Assembly: GCF_001194135.2 (NCBI RefSeq)
Contig: NC_068982.1
Span: 39,866,616 to 39,930,615 of the forward strand
Source: Octopus bimaculoides
Taxonomy: Eukaryota
Reading direction: 5' to 3'
DNA: 64,000 bases
Position numbers and translations under genes: made by a program
Notes under the pieces: model-generated
Told to the model about the DNA's origin: nothing
The model's database searches: none
The model's input: the letters and a program-made list of their open reading frames with translations, nothing else
Shown here: positions 40,095 to 53,880 of the stretch, piece by piece
Layout: each line of letters begins with the position of its first letter
Numbering within the stretch: the stretch's first letter is position 1

Positions 40095-42945
40095 CCTATA
40101 CTACAATTGCGCTATTTAGGTCTGTGTATGTGTGTGTCAAAATTTTGCTACCAAATTCCTCCGCAACCACTGGTCCGATTTCGACCAAACTTGGCGTTAC
40201 GAATCGTGCGTACCAGGAGAGTGTCAACATCTAAATGGGATTCACGAAAATTAACCGATCCGGTTCCAGTCTGATAAAATCCGACAAAACGAATTACTCC
40301 TTTCTCACTATTCAATTACTCTTCTACTATTCCTCATGCTTACTACCTCTTTCTCTTATTGAGAGTTGTAGTTTGCGGAGTGGTAATTGACAGAATTGCA
40401 GAGAATGTTACCTCTCATAATTCACTCTCTCTTAGCCGGTTGCGCTCTTTTCCATGTCTCCTTCGGTGTTACTTGGATGTTTCTCTCTCACATATATACA
40501 TATATATATATTACGTATTGAACTCAGTCTCATACAATGTTACCTCTCTTAACACACACACACACACACACTCTCTCTCTCTCTCTCCCTCTCTCTCTCT
40601 CTCTCTATCTCTCATATTTACTACCTCTTTTACTTCATTCTCTCTGAACCGGTTGCGTTCTTTCCAATGTTTCTATCGATGTCATTTAGAAAAAAAAATA
40701 CTGTTAGTCTTCGGTGAAAATTACAATTACACCATACTCGTTAAACTCTATCTTAAAGAGTGGTTTTTTGATTTTATTGAATTGCTCTAAACGAATTTGA
40801 CCATAAAAATATTGGAAATTTATTATTTTTTTAATATATTAATAAAATTTGTCGGATCTATTTTCATGCTCTCGACCGTCGGAGCTATTCTTATGTCTGT
40901 TTACGTTGTTACGTGTATGAATATGTTATTGCATGTACTGTCGTTTGATATTTCACTCATACGTAGAATTCTGAAATAGCAAACGTAAAAAGTATAAAAA
41001 TTTCGGAAACTTTACGCATTCGACTGCACGAAAATGGGTTCGACTAATTTTATTATTACCTTAAAAAATACTAATTTAAAATAGTGTTTGTCGAGAGTCG
41101 TGTAATTGTAAATAAATACCTAGGGTAAATATTTACAATTAATACCGTGAAAACTTCCCGTTCAGAGAAATTAGCTTAAATTCTAGCTGAATCGTCACAA
41201 AACGTTCACTATATAATTGTTATAAGTATTCATGCTTTCAACACTACACTATGCCCAGAAAAGGAAAGACCAACAACCTGTTCCGAAAAAATCCCGTTCA
41301 CAAAAAGCTGCTGAGCAAAGACAACAGACGCTAATTGAATAAAACAGACAAGGAGCTAGCTCTACTCTGTGTCTCGAAATAAAACGAAGGCAAATGTAAG
41401 AAACCGGTGCAATGGAGACACAAGAAGAAACAGAGGCACGGAGAAATGCAGATCGACTGAAGAGACAGGAAACCCGTGCTATGGAAAGACCAGAAAAATG
41501 AAAAGCCTGAAGGAATATGAATCGGCTGAGAACACAGAAAAGCCGTGCAATGGAAGCACCACAAGAATCAGAAGCACGGACAAATACTGATCGGCTGGGG
41601 AAACAGGATTCTAGGGAAAACACGTCACTGCTACAAATTCAGCAGCGACAAGTAAACAACCAGAACCGATACCTTTCAAGACTTCATCAGCAAAGAACGG
41701 ACACTGATAGAATGGCTATGGAAGTTGATATGGCAGATTTTCATGAGAAAAAAATGAAACGCAAGGCTTATGTTGCACTACTGTGGAAAGATTTTTAACA
41801 GAACATACCCTGACTGCAAAGCTTACCTTTGGGGTACTGAGAAAACTACCCTCTGATGTGACAAAGCCTCCAGAATTTATTGCTAAGTACTATGATGTTA
41901 ATCTATGCGGTCAAACGTTTCTAAAGAAAATTCGTGACTACAATAATTTACTGGATTATGGCTTCACTTGCACTGGATAATCCACCAGTTGGACCACAAG
42001 GTAATAGCACTTTTGTGCCTACTTTCAAGATTCAAGTTATACCACCGCATAGGAAGTTTCGTACCACCAGTAAATAAGAAGCCAGTCTACGCACAGCTAT
42101 ATTTCGTTGACACTGAAAAAGGGATCTGAAACAGGTTGTCATTCAGAGGAGCTGACAATGACCTTAATGAGAGCATCCTGCTAGACTTGCAGAGAGCACT
42201 GCATATGCATAATCAATATGTCAAAAATTTCAAACAGGCTATTGATATGATTAAGGAATACCCTGCACCAGGAAAATGTTCCACCGGTGATATTATTATA
42301 AGTAATGACAAACAGCTTATTCCTGCTGGATCACATGAGAGAACCTCTAATCCACCAACTGCACCAGGAGTTACTGTGATCATGATGGGAGATGCTACCA
42401 ATAATACAAACATTAAAGCTGCGGATGTTGTTGTGCAGTACATAGAAAGCAATAGAAAATAAGACTACATTAGCCAAATCCACAGAAGCTATGGCACTTT
42501 TCATTATGTACTTCTGTTTCCCTATGGAGAAGCTGGCTGGAATGTGTTCTTGAAAGACAATGACCGATGCAAAGATATCACTGAATGTGACTTTTGTTCT
42601 TATCGGCTTCAGGTAAGAAAAGACAAGTTCAATGACATAATGAAAAGTACACGTCTGATGCAACAATATGCAAAGACAGAGCAAAATCGATTACACTTCC
42701 TGAGAACTCATCAGAAACAACTGAAGGCTGAAAAGTTCCAGGGCCTTCTGAATGCTATTGCAAATGGTGACATGAATGAAGTAGGGTCTAAAATCATTCT
42801 TACGCCATCACACACTGGTTCTCCTCGGTTTTACAAGGAGTGTTTCCAAGCTGAAATGGCTCTAGTGAGATAGTCTGGAAAGCCAGATTACTTCATCACT
42901 AGGACAACCAGCCCAAAGAGGACTGAGATAACGGAAGCCTGATTT
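40095..42945 (+). mobile_element. Helitron, 5' region and Rep-domain pseudogene, 3' truncated
   Basis: HRIGSF, YAQLYF, HER..NPP, YVLLFPYGEAGW, YRLQVR, EQNRLHFLRTHQKQLKAE, IILTPSHTGSPRFY and GKPDYFIT are Helitron Rep motifs, with stops and frameshifts. Repeated R/E-rich N-terminus from ATG 41250. A 5' non-coding ctatactac...tgtgt...ccgatttcgaccaaacttggc segment resembles Helitron left ends (5' boundary less certain). Confidence 0.9.
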
Positions 42946-43867
42946 GGTTTTGGGAACAAAGAGCATATATTGGCTTTGGACTCAGGGTATGAGGTTATGA
43001 AAGGAATCTACACTGGCAACGTTATCGGTAAGGAAATTCTTTAAGAAAATTGTGCTAAGTTTAACTTTTTACTTTCATACTACGAACAGGAGTTTAGATA
43101 TGCACTAGACGAATCGATTGCACGGAGGGTGGTGATTCAGCTAGTAGATATAATGGAATAAGCAGATGTGCTTCAAGAGGAAACACTTGGGATCATTCCC
43201 TACATATCACACACACACACTCACATATGTTTGTAAGTTTTTAGTTGAGTCATTTAATACAAATAGCAACTTTTATGTTCTGACTATACCAAGAACTTTT
43301 TTGTAATGGGAAAAAAGAAAATTGAATGACAATCGTGTGATAATGATAAATTGATATTTGTACGAGCGAGATCCAGAAATATTCAGCTCTTCTAAAGAGT
43401 GATATTACATGTTGTTGTCAGGTTCTAGGGGCCTATGTTGAAATCCATCCAGTCCGTCTTCAGTTTGTCTGTGACTGACTTGTAATCTATCCAGATTTAT
43501 ATTATTTTGTATGTATATATTTCAATCACTTTGAATGATGGTGTGTTTCAACGAGAATTATTTGATAATTTTATCAGACCTGGAGATGATGTAATTATTC
43601 TTCTACTGACACATGAGATAGGACTGCGCAATCTTTGTGGAAGGAGGAAAATTATGGAGAACAAAAGATCTGAGGAGAGCAGCAATTAGTTCGGAGTGAT
43701 TATCAAGAATTTTGATAAAACTGAATAGGCACAGGAAGGTGTTACATGATAATAATCCAAATTGAAATAGTAATAATAATAATAACGATACTAATAATAA
43801 TAATAATGATAATAATAATAATGATAACAATAATAATAATAATTATTATTATTATTATTATTATTAT

Positions 43868-44043
43868 TATTTTATGTTTGACTTTTGTTTTGCATTTGTA
43901 CAAGTGGGATCCAAGCCTCACCCAGAGACCTCAAGAGACAACAAGTTAGAAGTTCATGTAGGTGTTATGCCTAGGGTACCATATATTTGGATTTGTACAG
44001 TTTTGTTCAAGTGAATGTTTAAGTGAATGTTCAAGTGAATGTT
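43868..44043 (-). mobile_element. Short retroposon 3' tail embedded in (AAT)n/(ATT)n microsatellite
   Basis: The minus strand ends caaaacaaaagtcaaacataaaataataat running into (AAT)n, with a 12-bp triplication aagtgaatgtt at the other junction. A Dong-like identity is inferred only from the TAA context. Confidence 0.4.
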
Positions 44044-44061
44044 ATTATTATTATTATTATT

Positions 44062-44117
<56 letters not shown>

Positions 44118-44516
44118 GGGTATAAATATTAATAAGATATTGGATATCAAAATATTTTATATCAAAACCGAGAAGACAAGCACAGAATTATAGCGCTATA
44201 ATTATTATTATAACAATCTCTTTTGCACAATTTCTAAGATTTCAAATTCAAACTTAATTTCAAGCAATAGCGTCTAGAAATAATCTATGATGAATGAAAT
44301 TGAAATGCTTTAATTGTATTGCAAAACTATTCGGTTGTAAATAAAAATGCTGAATTTGATTTAAATTCTATTGTAAGCATTCAACTAGATCATATTTTAT
44401 AGTCTCTCACTTTCATTGAAAGTCGCAATGGAAAGCGCAGTGATACCCACACAATAAAATGAGTGGTATTGGTTATCTATATAAATTTCAGGATACATTA
44501 TTTATATTATATAATG

Positions 44517-44579
<63 letters not shown>

Positions 44580-44626
44580 TCGAAAAATACCTTAGGAATG
44601 AGAACCCAGGTTCGAAATTTCTCCAA

Positions 44627-44672
44627 GACACCTGATGAAGGCTGGAGGATATATCAGCCGAAACGTTGTGTT
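44627..44672 (+). ncRNA. Minimal type I hammerhead ribozyme (Penelope-type) in a short repeat at about 44575-44770
   Basis: gacac CUGAUGA a ggcug gaggauauau cagcc GAA acgu U guguu. 5-bp stems I and II, extra A after A9, palindromic ACGU stem III, GUU site. Confidence 0.7.
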
Positions 44673-46114
44673 AACAACAAACAAGATGAGGACAAATATC
44701 CGTCAAATGTAAGCAATGTAAATAATATAAATAATGTTTATAATTCCTCATCTCTTACGTATAGGACTGTATAAATCTCAGGATGTTTTTAAATGTTGTG
44801 AAACTTGAGCAATAGCTTACCTTAAACATATCAAACAGCTAGTAGGTGCGTGTGTCGCAGATGTATTACATTTTTCCTTTGTTAAACGCAAGCCACTAAC
44901 AATTCAGTCATGTATTTTTAAATCTATATGTATTTATAACTATCTTACAACAACGGTTTCATTTTCCAACTCGCAATTGTTTTAGTTTACAGTCAATTTT
45001 TAATTAACTGCATTAATTTTTACCTGCTTCACTTAATACATATCATTTCTTGAAAAGGCTTCAGCAGTAAGTATCTTTGATTATTCTTGTTAACTATCAT
45101 TGATATCTAGATGGGTTGTCTTTTAACAATTGCTCTTTTTTTTTGTGCGTGTGTATATTTTATTGTCTGGTAACACCAAGATGTAAGATGTCTAATTATA
45201 TTAAAGTTCTTTGTTTGGGTCCCGTTTGGGTCTTCTTTGGATTCAGTTTTGCTTCAGCTTTGATTTGACAATGAGAAGATTCCCACAGGACGTTTATATG
45301 AACGAAATTTATGCAATATCAATTTTCTATATTGGTACACCTACAGCTTATCAGTGCAACAGTATCCTGGACAAGTTGTTAAGTAAATGTATCACGGAAT
45401 ATATTCATGAACAAATATCAATCCAAATAATGTAATTAGCACTGAAATTACACTTGCAAATTACACTTGCAAAGGAGATTTACACTTAACGAGTAATTTG
45501 CAAAGGAGGAAATTAACGGTTTAGAATTTCAATTAAGAGTCGGTGAATGCATTTTGCCGAGGTTTTCATACATTAAAGAATTCGTAGTAAAAAACAAAAA
45601 ACATAAAGTCTCTTGCTTCCTATTTAATTTTCTCCTTTTTATACATATACATTATCATAGTATTTCTAGTATAAATACTTTGATCTTATGATCTTAAACA
45701 GGATTTTATACAGATTTGGCTCAATTATTGCATTGATTATTTTTAGAAGCGAATGAAATTGAGTGATGCTGAAAACTGTTGATAAAGTATTACTGCGGTC
45801 AAATGAAATAGCTATTGTTGATTGTTTCTCAATTATTCGTAGGTTTCGAGAAGTTGTCAATGACCGAAGTTGTTAGTTATTGGAAAAATTCAAAGACAGT
45901 TTTATTTTTTATTTTTAAAATGTAAAGCTACTACTCAGTATTTCATTTGTTACCTACTGTACACACTATTGGAGAATGTTCTGCAAATTTAGCTTATTGT
46001 AAATACGTTAATTAGTCATTTAGATACAAAATTCGGCATACCACCAAGTCCAAGTCTTAGCAAGAAAGATTTTTGAAAGTTAACTTTTTTTTATAAAAGA
46101 AATTTAAACTCATC

Positions 46115-46323
46115 GTAGGCGTGGCTGTGTTAAGAAGATTACTTCCCAGTCACACTTTTCGGGGTTGAGCTCCGCTGCGTGGCACTTGGGGCGAGGTGTG
46201 TCCTAATATAGCCTAAGATCCAACAAAATTATATGAGTAGATTTGGTAGATGGTAACTGGGAGAAAGTTGTCTTTGATATATGTGTGTGTTTGCGGTTGT
46301 ATATATGAATCCCTGTTTATATG

Positions 46324-46357
<34 letters not shown>

Positions 46358-46592
46358 TGTCTGTATATGTGTATGTGTGTGTCTTTGTATCTGTTTGTCC
46401 CCCACCATGCTTGACAATCGGTGTTCGTGTGTTTATGTCCCTGTAACTTAGTGGTTCTGCAAAAGAGTAAACAGAACATGAACCAGGCTTCAAAATTTAG
46501 CACTTGGATGGATCCGTTCGACTAAAATTATTCAAGGTAGTGTCAAAGCACGCTCGCAGTCTAATGACCGGAAAAATTAAAAGATGAAAGAT
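46115..46592 (+). mobile_element. SINE family A, diverged
   Basis: Head gtaggcgtggctgtgttaagaag, body gtagatttggtagatggtaactg, tail cgcagtctaatgaccggaaaaattaaaagatg. Confidence 0.75.
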
Positions 46593-47115
46593 TATTTATA
46601 CAGTATTTGCGTAATACAGTGACACCGCTATTTTCTTTTTTCTCAAATATATGAATTTAAATATTGAAACAGATTTGTGCAACATCTGAAGACGCGACTT
46701 TTTAACGTCATGTGAATTTTGATAATGACGATGAAGAAAATAGAAACGGAAGCATATACACATCTATTTATTTTCCAGATACGAAAGGAACATAAGGATA
46801 GTTACACTTGGAAATGTATATTAGCACACACCGTTGCAATCCCTGAATTTTAGGAATAATAAAGATATGTGCATTTTATTCACATTTGGTTGTATCGTCT
46901 TTTATTTCACAATAACTAACGTAAAGTTATATGCGTTATCACCTTGTTATATATTGAATAATTTATTTAACACCTTATCTAACTAGCTATAGCTAATCTT
47001 TAATAGTCAATCAGAATGAATATTTAATGTGCTGAGAGCATTTATCGTATTCAATTGTTTATGTTTTTAATTCACACTCACATCGAATGAACTGAAAGCA
47101 TTCAGGTATCTACCA

Positions 47116-47193
<78 letters not shown>

Positions 47194-47514
47194 ACACGCA
47201 CACACACATATATATATGTATATATATATATANNNNNNNNNNNNNNNNNNNNNNNNNNNNNNNNNNNNNNNNNNNNNNNNNNNNNNNNNNNNNNNNNNNN
47301 NNNNNNNNNNNNNNNNNNNNNNNNNNNNNNNNNNNNNNNNNNNNNNNNNNNNNNNNNNNNNNNNNNNNNNNNNNNNNNNNNNNNNNNNNNNNTATATATG
47401 AATATTTATAATCTAAAATTCAACAAAGAATTATGAATAACGGTGAAAGGGTATAATCAGTCATTGGGAGACAGAGCTTATTAAGGCCTCCCACTTATTT
47501 TCATCTTCTCTGTG

Positions 47515-48200
47515 CTTCGAGCCTCAAAGAAGCACAGGACTACTTAGATTGTGTCATATGAGAAGCAAAGTCTGTGGGGCTAGGAATAAACGAATCTAAG
47601 ACAGAGTACATTACCATGAATATAAACACAGGTGAAGCAACAGGCCTCCTGATAAATGGAAAGCAGCTATCCAGCGTTCATACCTGTAACTGATCTCTCT
47701 CACAACTCAAATAATGACATCATAGAGAGAAGGAGAGTGGCATGCAGTGCAATATCGCAGCTTCAACACCTCTGGTCGTCTGACATCAACCCAAAAACGA
47801 AAGTAAAGATGAACAAAACTCTTTCGGCCGATTTTTAAATGTGGATGCGAGACATGGGTAATAAATTCGAATCGACAAAGGAACAATGGTGAACACTTTT
47901 TCACACAAGAAACCTGGGGAAAATATATCAGATATCCTGTAACGACTAGGTTGACAATGATATATTGTACCAATGACTGACGAAAAGCAAATGAGCACAA
48001 GGATAAAGGGACTCCGGCAAAGAGGGATTGGTCACTAACAGTGACACCCACTCAATGAATGCTATCAATAGTGTTTGCTGCTTAAAACCCTACATGGTGG
48101 GAAGCGCGAGAGAAAGTGACCAAGAACAACTTACCACTGTATGATTCGTACAGACTGCGGGATATTGCACAATGAAAGACTTCTAGCGACTGAAGATAGA
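47515..48200 (+). pseudogene. RTE-clade LINE remnant (RT C-terminal/thumb region)
   Basis: SLKEAQDYLD..EAKSVGLGINESKTEYITMN and NDIIERRRVACSAISQLQHLWSSDINPKTKV follow the RTE GL.IN..KTE.M / DI..R...A..A...L..IW pattern. Frameshifted. Confidence 0.75.
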
Positions 48201-49238
48201 AATATATACACACACACACACACTTACACACATACAGTTTAACCTATGCATACACAGCATTCCTGTGACAAAGCTTTCAAACATAGTGTGACAGCAGGTG
48301 TAATTAATTTATCTGCTTTATTTAAGTTCATTATTAATATTCTAAAAACAAATCCTTAACAAATAATGACAAGTTAAGAACCCTACTGACAACATTACCA
48401 CTTTCCTATATATAGAGAGGGAAACTGTTATTGATAGTGTTACGTGTAAGTGGATGCATATAAATAAAAGTAACACCCGTAGGAAGAAAAACAAGGGAGA
48501 AATGGTGTTATCGAGCTTTCGAGAATAATGAATTGTTAAACGTAATTCAAAATATCATCTAAAATATATACAGGAAAATTTTTGCATAAAATCAAATCAT
48601 ATTGACGGCAAAGGGATATAATGATTTAAAAAATGAATGTAGCATGCATTGAACACAGAATAAATTAAAAGGATAAATATGAATCGGGTAACACGTTTTC
48701 TCGCTAACACATTGCTGTTATGCATATAGATAACACATTGCCCTCACGCATATTTTACACATCAAGCACACTGTTGTGATGCCAGCGGTTATTCACCAGA
48801 TTAAATAAACAATAACAATAACAATGAAAGGCCTATAGAGACTGTATGCAGCTCAGAGAAGCAGCAATTTTGCGATAACCAGTATTTGGATAAATCAATA
48901 GCAGATTTCAGCAAGCTTTATGAACGTATTCATGTTTGCTGAAAATGTCATTTGTTGTTAGAAGGTGGCCATTACAATTAAATCCTCCGAGACGGGAATA
49001 GAATTAGAAAGCTGATTATGATGTCCAATTTTTAAACGACAGTATAGACGCTGTGAGTTATGAGAAAAGGGAGAAAAAACGACATCAGCCACGGTCGGCA
49101 CTGGATTCCATGGTTATTACTATTGTGTATTTTCGCACTTAAGTAAAATCATCTCTGTTTATCATTTGTATATGCGCTTGTATGAGATTGTGTATCTGTT
49201 TGCAAATACATCTAATAATATAATTCTTTCTTTCAAGA

Positions 49239-49286
<48 letters not shown>

Positions 49287-49302
49287 NNNNNNNNNNNNNN
49301 NN

Positions 49303-49342
<40 letters not shown>

Positions 49343-49761
49343 GCATACGCGCACAAGGATTTCTATCTATCTACACACACACACACACACGCACACATAT
49401 ATATATACATACATACACAAATATATATATGCATACGTATATATGAAAATATGTGTATATATGTAAGGATGTATACATACAAGAATTAAGAATATGCAAG
49501 CTTTCCTCGTTTGCTGTTGTGGGCGAATTTTCTTCAACGTCATATAAATAAATCAGAAAGTTGGCGATGTGCTGAATGAGATATACAAATAATCTTATGG
49601 CTTCTCTTGGTGATATAAATAACAAAAATTATAGGGCAAATATAAAAATATCATTCTTTTTTATAAATAATTAATTCTAAAAATACATGTGCGCAATAAA
49701 TCACTTCAACATGAACATATGTACCAATATGTATCTGTATCTATCTGTCTACCTAAGCTAC

Positions 49762-49831
<70 letters not shown>

Positions 49832-50899
49832 TCCCCTGAAATAAACTACATTAAGATGAGTTTGTGCATTTGTCTTATTTTACTTTATCTAATTGAATTT
49901 GTTAAATATTAACTTTTTACAGGCATATGCCAGTTATTTCTGTATTTTTACTTTGAGAAAATAACAATCCCAAAATCTAATGACTCAAACCTCACAGAAA
50001 TATATTTTCATGATAACTGGGCTTATTGTAAGTTCGTTCATTAAAATTTCTATCATACTTTCCTTTGTAAAAATACATTTGATACTCAATTTAAACGTAA
50101 TGAATAGTTCTTCTTATAATGTTTAATTGTCTTTACAATTAAAAGCAATTAGTATAAAGACAAATTTGTGTCATTAGTACCAACATACGTTTCACCATTG
50201 TGGTCATTTGGAACTCTGCACTAGATTCTCGAAGCGCAATTGGATGCTTAAGGGCAATGGATGATTAGGTGAACGCTCTATTGCATTATGTAAGTATTAA
50301 TGTGTCTTCTTATCACTTGTGACTAATCAACCAATTGCATTTAGGAAATCCATATTGATACAGTGATGAAATGTACGTAGGAACTAATGATACAAACTGG
50401 TGTTTATCGTAATTTCTTCTATAGGTTCTCTGTATCTCATAACCTCTAATACTAATAATTACAGTTGTAGCCAAATCATTACACTGGAAATAGACTGGGT
50501 GATGATAATCTACGTCGAGCTCTAAACTCAGGACGCCCACGTTATTGTTTACACGTATACTGACGGAGAGAAATGATTTTAAGGAATAAAACCTGAATTT
50601 TCAAAGTGTCTACACTTTATTACTACACTCTTAGCGGTGCCAGTAAAGGAAAGATTAGTAATATAAAAAAAGAAAACAGAAAAAAAATTAACACTAAGAT
50701 GAGACTTGAAACGAACTAAAATATTCATGTAAAAAATACATAAACAGGTGTTAGGACAGAGGCACAGAAAAATGCATGCACTATTTCAGTATTCAAGTCC
50801 AGAATACAAGGGCATTTTAAATTAAATTATAGTTAGCACTGCCACTTCAGCTTTGACATCTAAAATTAACCAGAGATATAAATACATTATATACCGCTT

Positions 50900-51600
50900 T
50901 GCAAAATGATCGCAAACTGATTGCCTCCTTATTCACAATAAGGCCCATGGTAGGTTCCTTTGCTCACATATTACCTATGCTGTCCTTGCACACTCCGTTT
51001 CAATGCACACTCCAGTCAATCGCTCCGTACTCTTGGTCATGCACGTTTTACTTAAATGCGTTGTATTTCATTTGTTGCCGCTGTTATTCTAACATCATGT
51101 CTATTAGTTGCGTATATATCTCAGTCCAACCAGTGTTGGACTGCATCGCAACGATTACGGCCCATTCATTTCGAAACTGGCCACTGCCGTGTAAAGAGCC
51201 TCTCTCTTGCTCATTTTGCTTCCTAATAATATTATTGACATTGCCGCACAAACAATAGTGTTCACTCACTCTCGTAGTAGCATGTTCCAAGAGGCTTTGG
51301 CTAATTTAAATTTCTCCGCTTGTGAGATATAAAAATCAGCAGAAATTCCATGAAAGAAGCCAATATATTCTCATAAAAACATGACAGTACATTTTTTTCC
51401 ATCCTCAGTAGCATTTCTGAAGGTATTTCATGTACTTCGAATTTGCCGTAAGAGTCCCACTTAATAGTCATATTGATAACGCAACACCTTAATCAAACTT
51501 GCCAAACCGCAGTCACCCTTTCTCAACTTATCCCAAATTTCGAACCCAATTTTGAGCATCTTGCATGGATACTGGAGAGACAGAGCCAACATTCTTGTTT
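50900..51600 (-). pseudogene. Possible piggyBac-like transposase remnant
   Basis: Decayed segments KIGFEIW, CFYENILASF and KQNEQERGS...EWAVIVAMQSNT occur in the order expected for piggyBac (KFGFKIW, YFDNFFTS, ERG..D...W.DN..V...SN). Confidence 0.35.
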
Positions 51601-53880
51601 GTTTCTTAAATGAGCTACCTTCCATTTTGAAAACAAACTGTCTTAACTTGATTTCACATTATAGAAATACTGCATGATTTTTCCCTGCTTTACTTCAGAG
51701 TTAATGTAACAGGAATAGCTCAATTCATCCAACTGGACTAATGCTCTTCGTTTCACTTCATGCTTCCAGTATGCCAGTAATGTTCTGAATAAAAGTAAAA
51801 ACAGGTTGCATGTTAGTGAATACAATTTCGAGAACTCATACTTAACATAGTTGTAAAGATGAAATAATTTGTATTCAGACTTTTATCGTTACAGAACTCA
51901 TTTGCAGTTTATAAATTGAAATGTTGTATTGTGTTATTCATATTTGTAAGTATATCACAAAAAAGCAAATGGCGAATAAATTCATGAAAATTAACTACAA
52001 GAATGATGATTGTAAACAGGAAATATATAGATGTTAATTAAGTTAAGAGTGGATAAATCAAAACAGAAATAAAAACAGGAATAATAATTTTCAGCTTTAT
52101 TTACGAAGTTACTGAGCATGTGTCAATAGCTATTGCTTGTTCTCCGGTAAACTGCACATTTAGTGGTTTCATACAATCGGACATATGCATCAGTTGATAT
52201 TGAAATGCCAGGCAACCCGGATGTGTCTCAGTGTTAAGGTTTGATGTGGTTTGCTAGTTCATTGCAACACACTGTGGAGTGGGGATGTTATCAAATGGAA
52301 TATATATTAAAATCTTTTATGTTCAAGTGGGATACAGGATGAGGGTTCCAGAAGGAACAGCATTCGTAGAAAACGCTTGAATATGCATTGCATATCCTTA
52401 CACGCATAAATATATGCAGAAAACATACAAACACAAACATCACACACACAATAAATTCTATGCATATCTACATCGATACGCGCACACACAAATGTATATA
52501 TATGTGTATACAAATTAACTCACACACACATATCTGTGTGTGTATTAGTGTATGTATATATGTATGCATGTATGTATGTATGTACGTAAGTATGTGTGTG
52601 TGTTATGTTATTACCGTATTAGATTTCGCGGGTGCAAAAAATTAAGTGACACGGAGATTAGTCTGAAATATTATTGAATGAGGCGAATGCGTGGGAGAGA
52701 GGAGAGAGAGACCACGGGAACCTACGCCAAGAAGATCTATGAGCGGAGTCATCCATGAAACAGGAGAGCTATATGCCTGCAATGGTCACTAAGGACATGA
52801 AGACAACTGGACCTTCAGTGATAGTTAACGAGATGCAGACGAGATTCAAGCATATGTAGTCGTTCAAGCATGTTGAAACGACGACGACGAAGACTAACGA
52901 ACTAGTTAAGGAAACAAGACGGCAATACAGAGAATCTTCATACAGTAATGAATATATAATACCAATGTATAGTGAATCAACAGATGTCATGTAACGATAA
53001 GTGATCGATTTGAAATGATTATAGATAAAGTGAATCGTTTGGCAGAGCGAATAATTAGTCAAAATCAGTATAAAATTGTTAATTAAACACTTAAATTGGC
53101 GCCTAGATCTGCATAGAGGATCTATTTTAACGACGTTTGGTGTCGCTTCAAGCTTGCAATTGAGTAATGAATTGAAATTTGAGAGTATCGACAAAGCATT
53201 ACGAGGAACTGGTGTACAATAATAACACGTAAGATGTGGGGGCTTATTTGGGTTTATTAATATAAGTATTTGGCGTAATTGAATATAGTTTAAAACACTG
53301 TGAGTTATTGGTGCGCATAACCTGGGTTAGGATAGTTTTAGCGTAAGCAATGCAAAGAACCTATTCACCTTTAAAATTGTGATGTATAATTTCAACTTTT
53401 GTTCTTTTTCTTTCCTATACTTTGCTTGTTGCTCTTTCCCCACTACGTTTAATTTCTTCTGATTGTTTCAAGATGTATTTTTAAGATTTATGTCTGTATT
53501 GAGTTTTGTTGCGTAGTTTATTCTGTTCTTTGCAATATTCTACACAACGTATGAATCTGCTTGTATCTGGTTCTGTATGTGTGCATGCCTGTAGGAGCAA
53601 CAGGTATGTGTCTCTGCATATCTCAATTTTTTAAATATTCCATTCTGTTATGTCCTGCAGAGCAATGTAAAATATACATCAGACTGAAATAAATAATTGG
53701 ATTGATATGACTGTCTAAAATTCTCGAAGGCGATACTCCAGCATGTTCACACCAGGTGAACAAAAAGTAAAAGTATATATACCTATGTATAGTTCAAATT
53801 TATAGAACAGCAAAAGATGAAAACAGGTGTAGGAACAACAAGCAGGTTTATTAGTTTAACGCTGGGGAATATGGAAAAGT

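Larger units (their letters stand above)
39471..40097. mobile_element. Head-to-head pair of diverged hammerhead-carrying retroelement copies (arms about 235 bp)
   Basis: 39471 to about 39705 is the diverged reverse complement of about 39845-40093. Each copy ends 3' in an HHR followed by a ctaactttacct(ttacct) tail. Confidence 0.75.

Noticed and set aside
43668-43700. CUGAGGA gagc...guuc
   Set aside because: Stem II forms but is followed by GGAG rather than GAAA, and there is no stem I.
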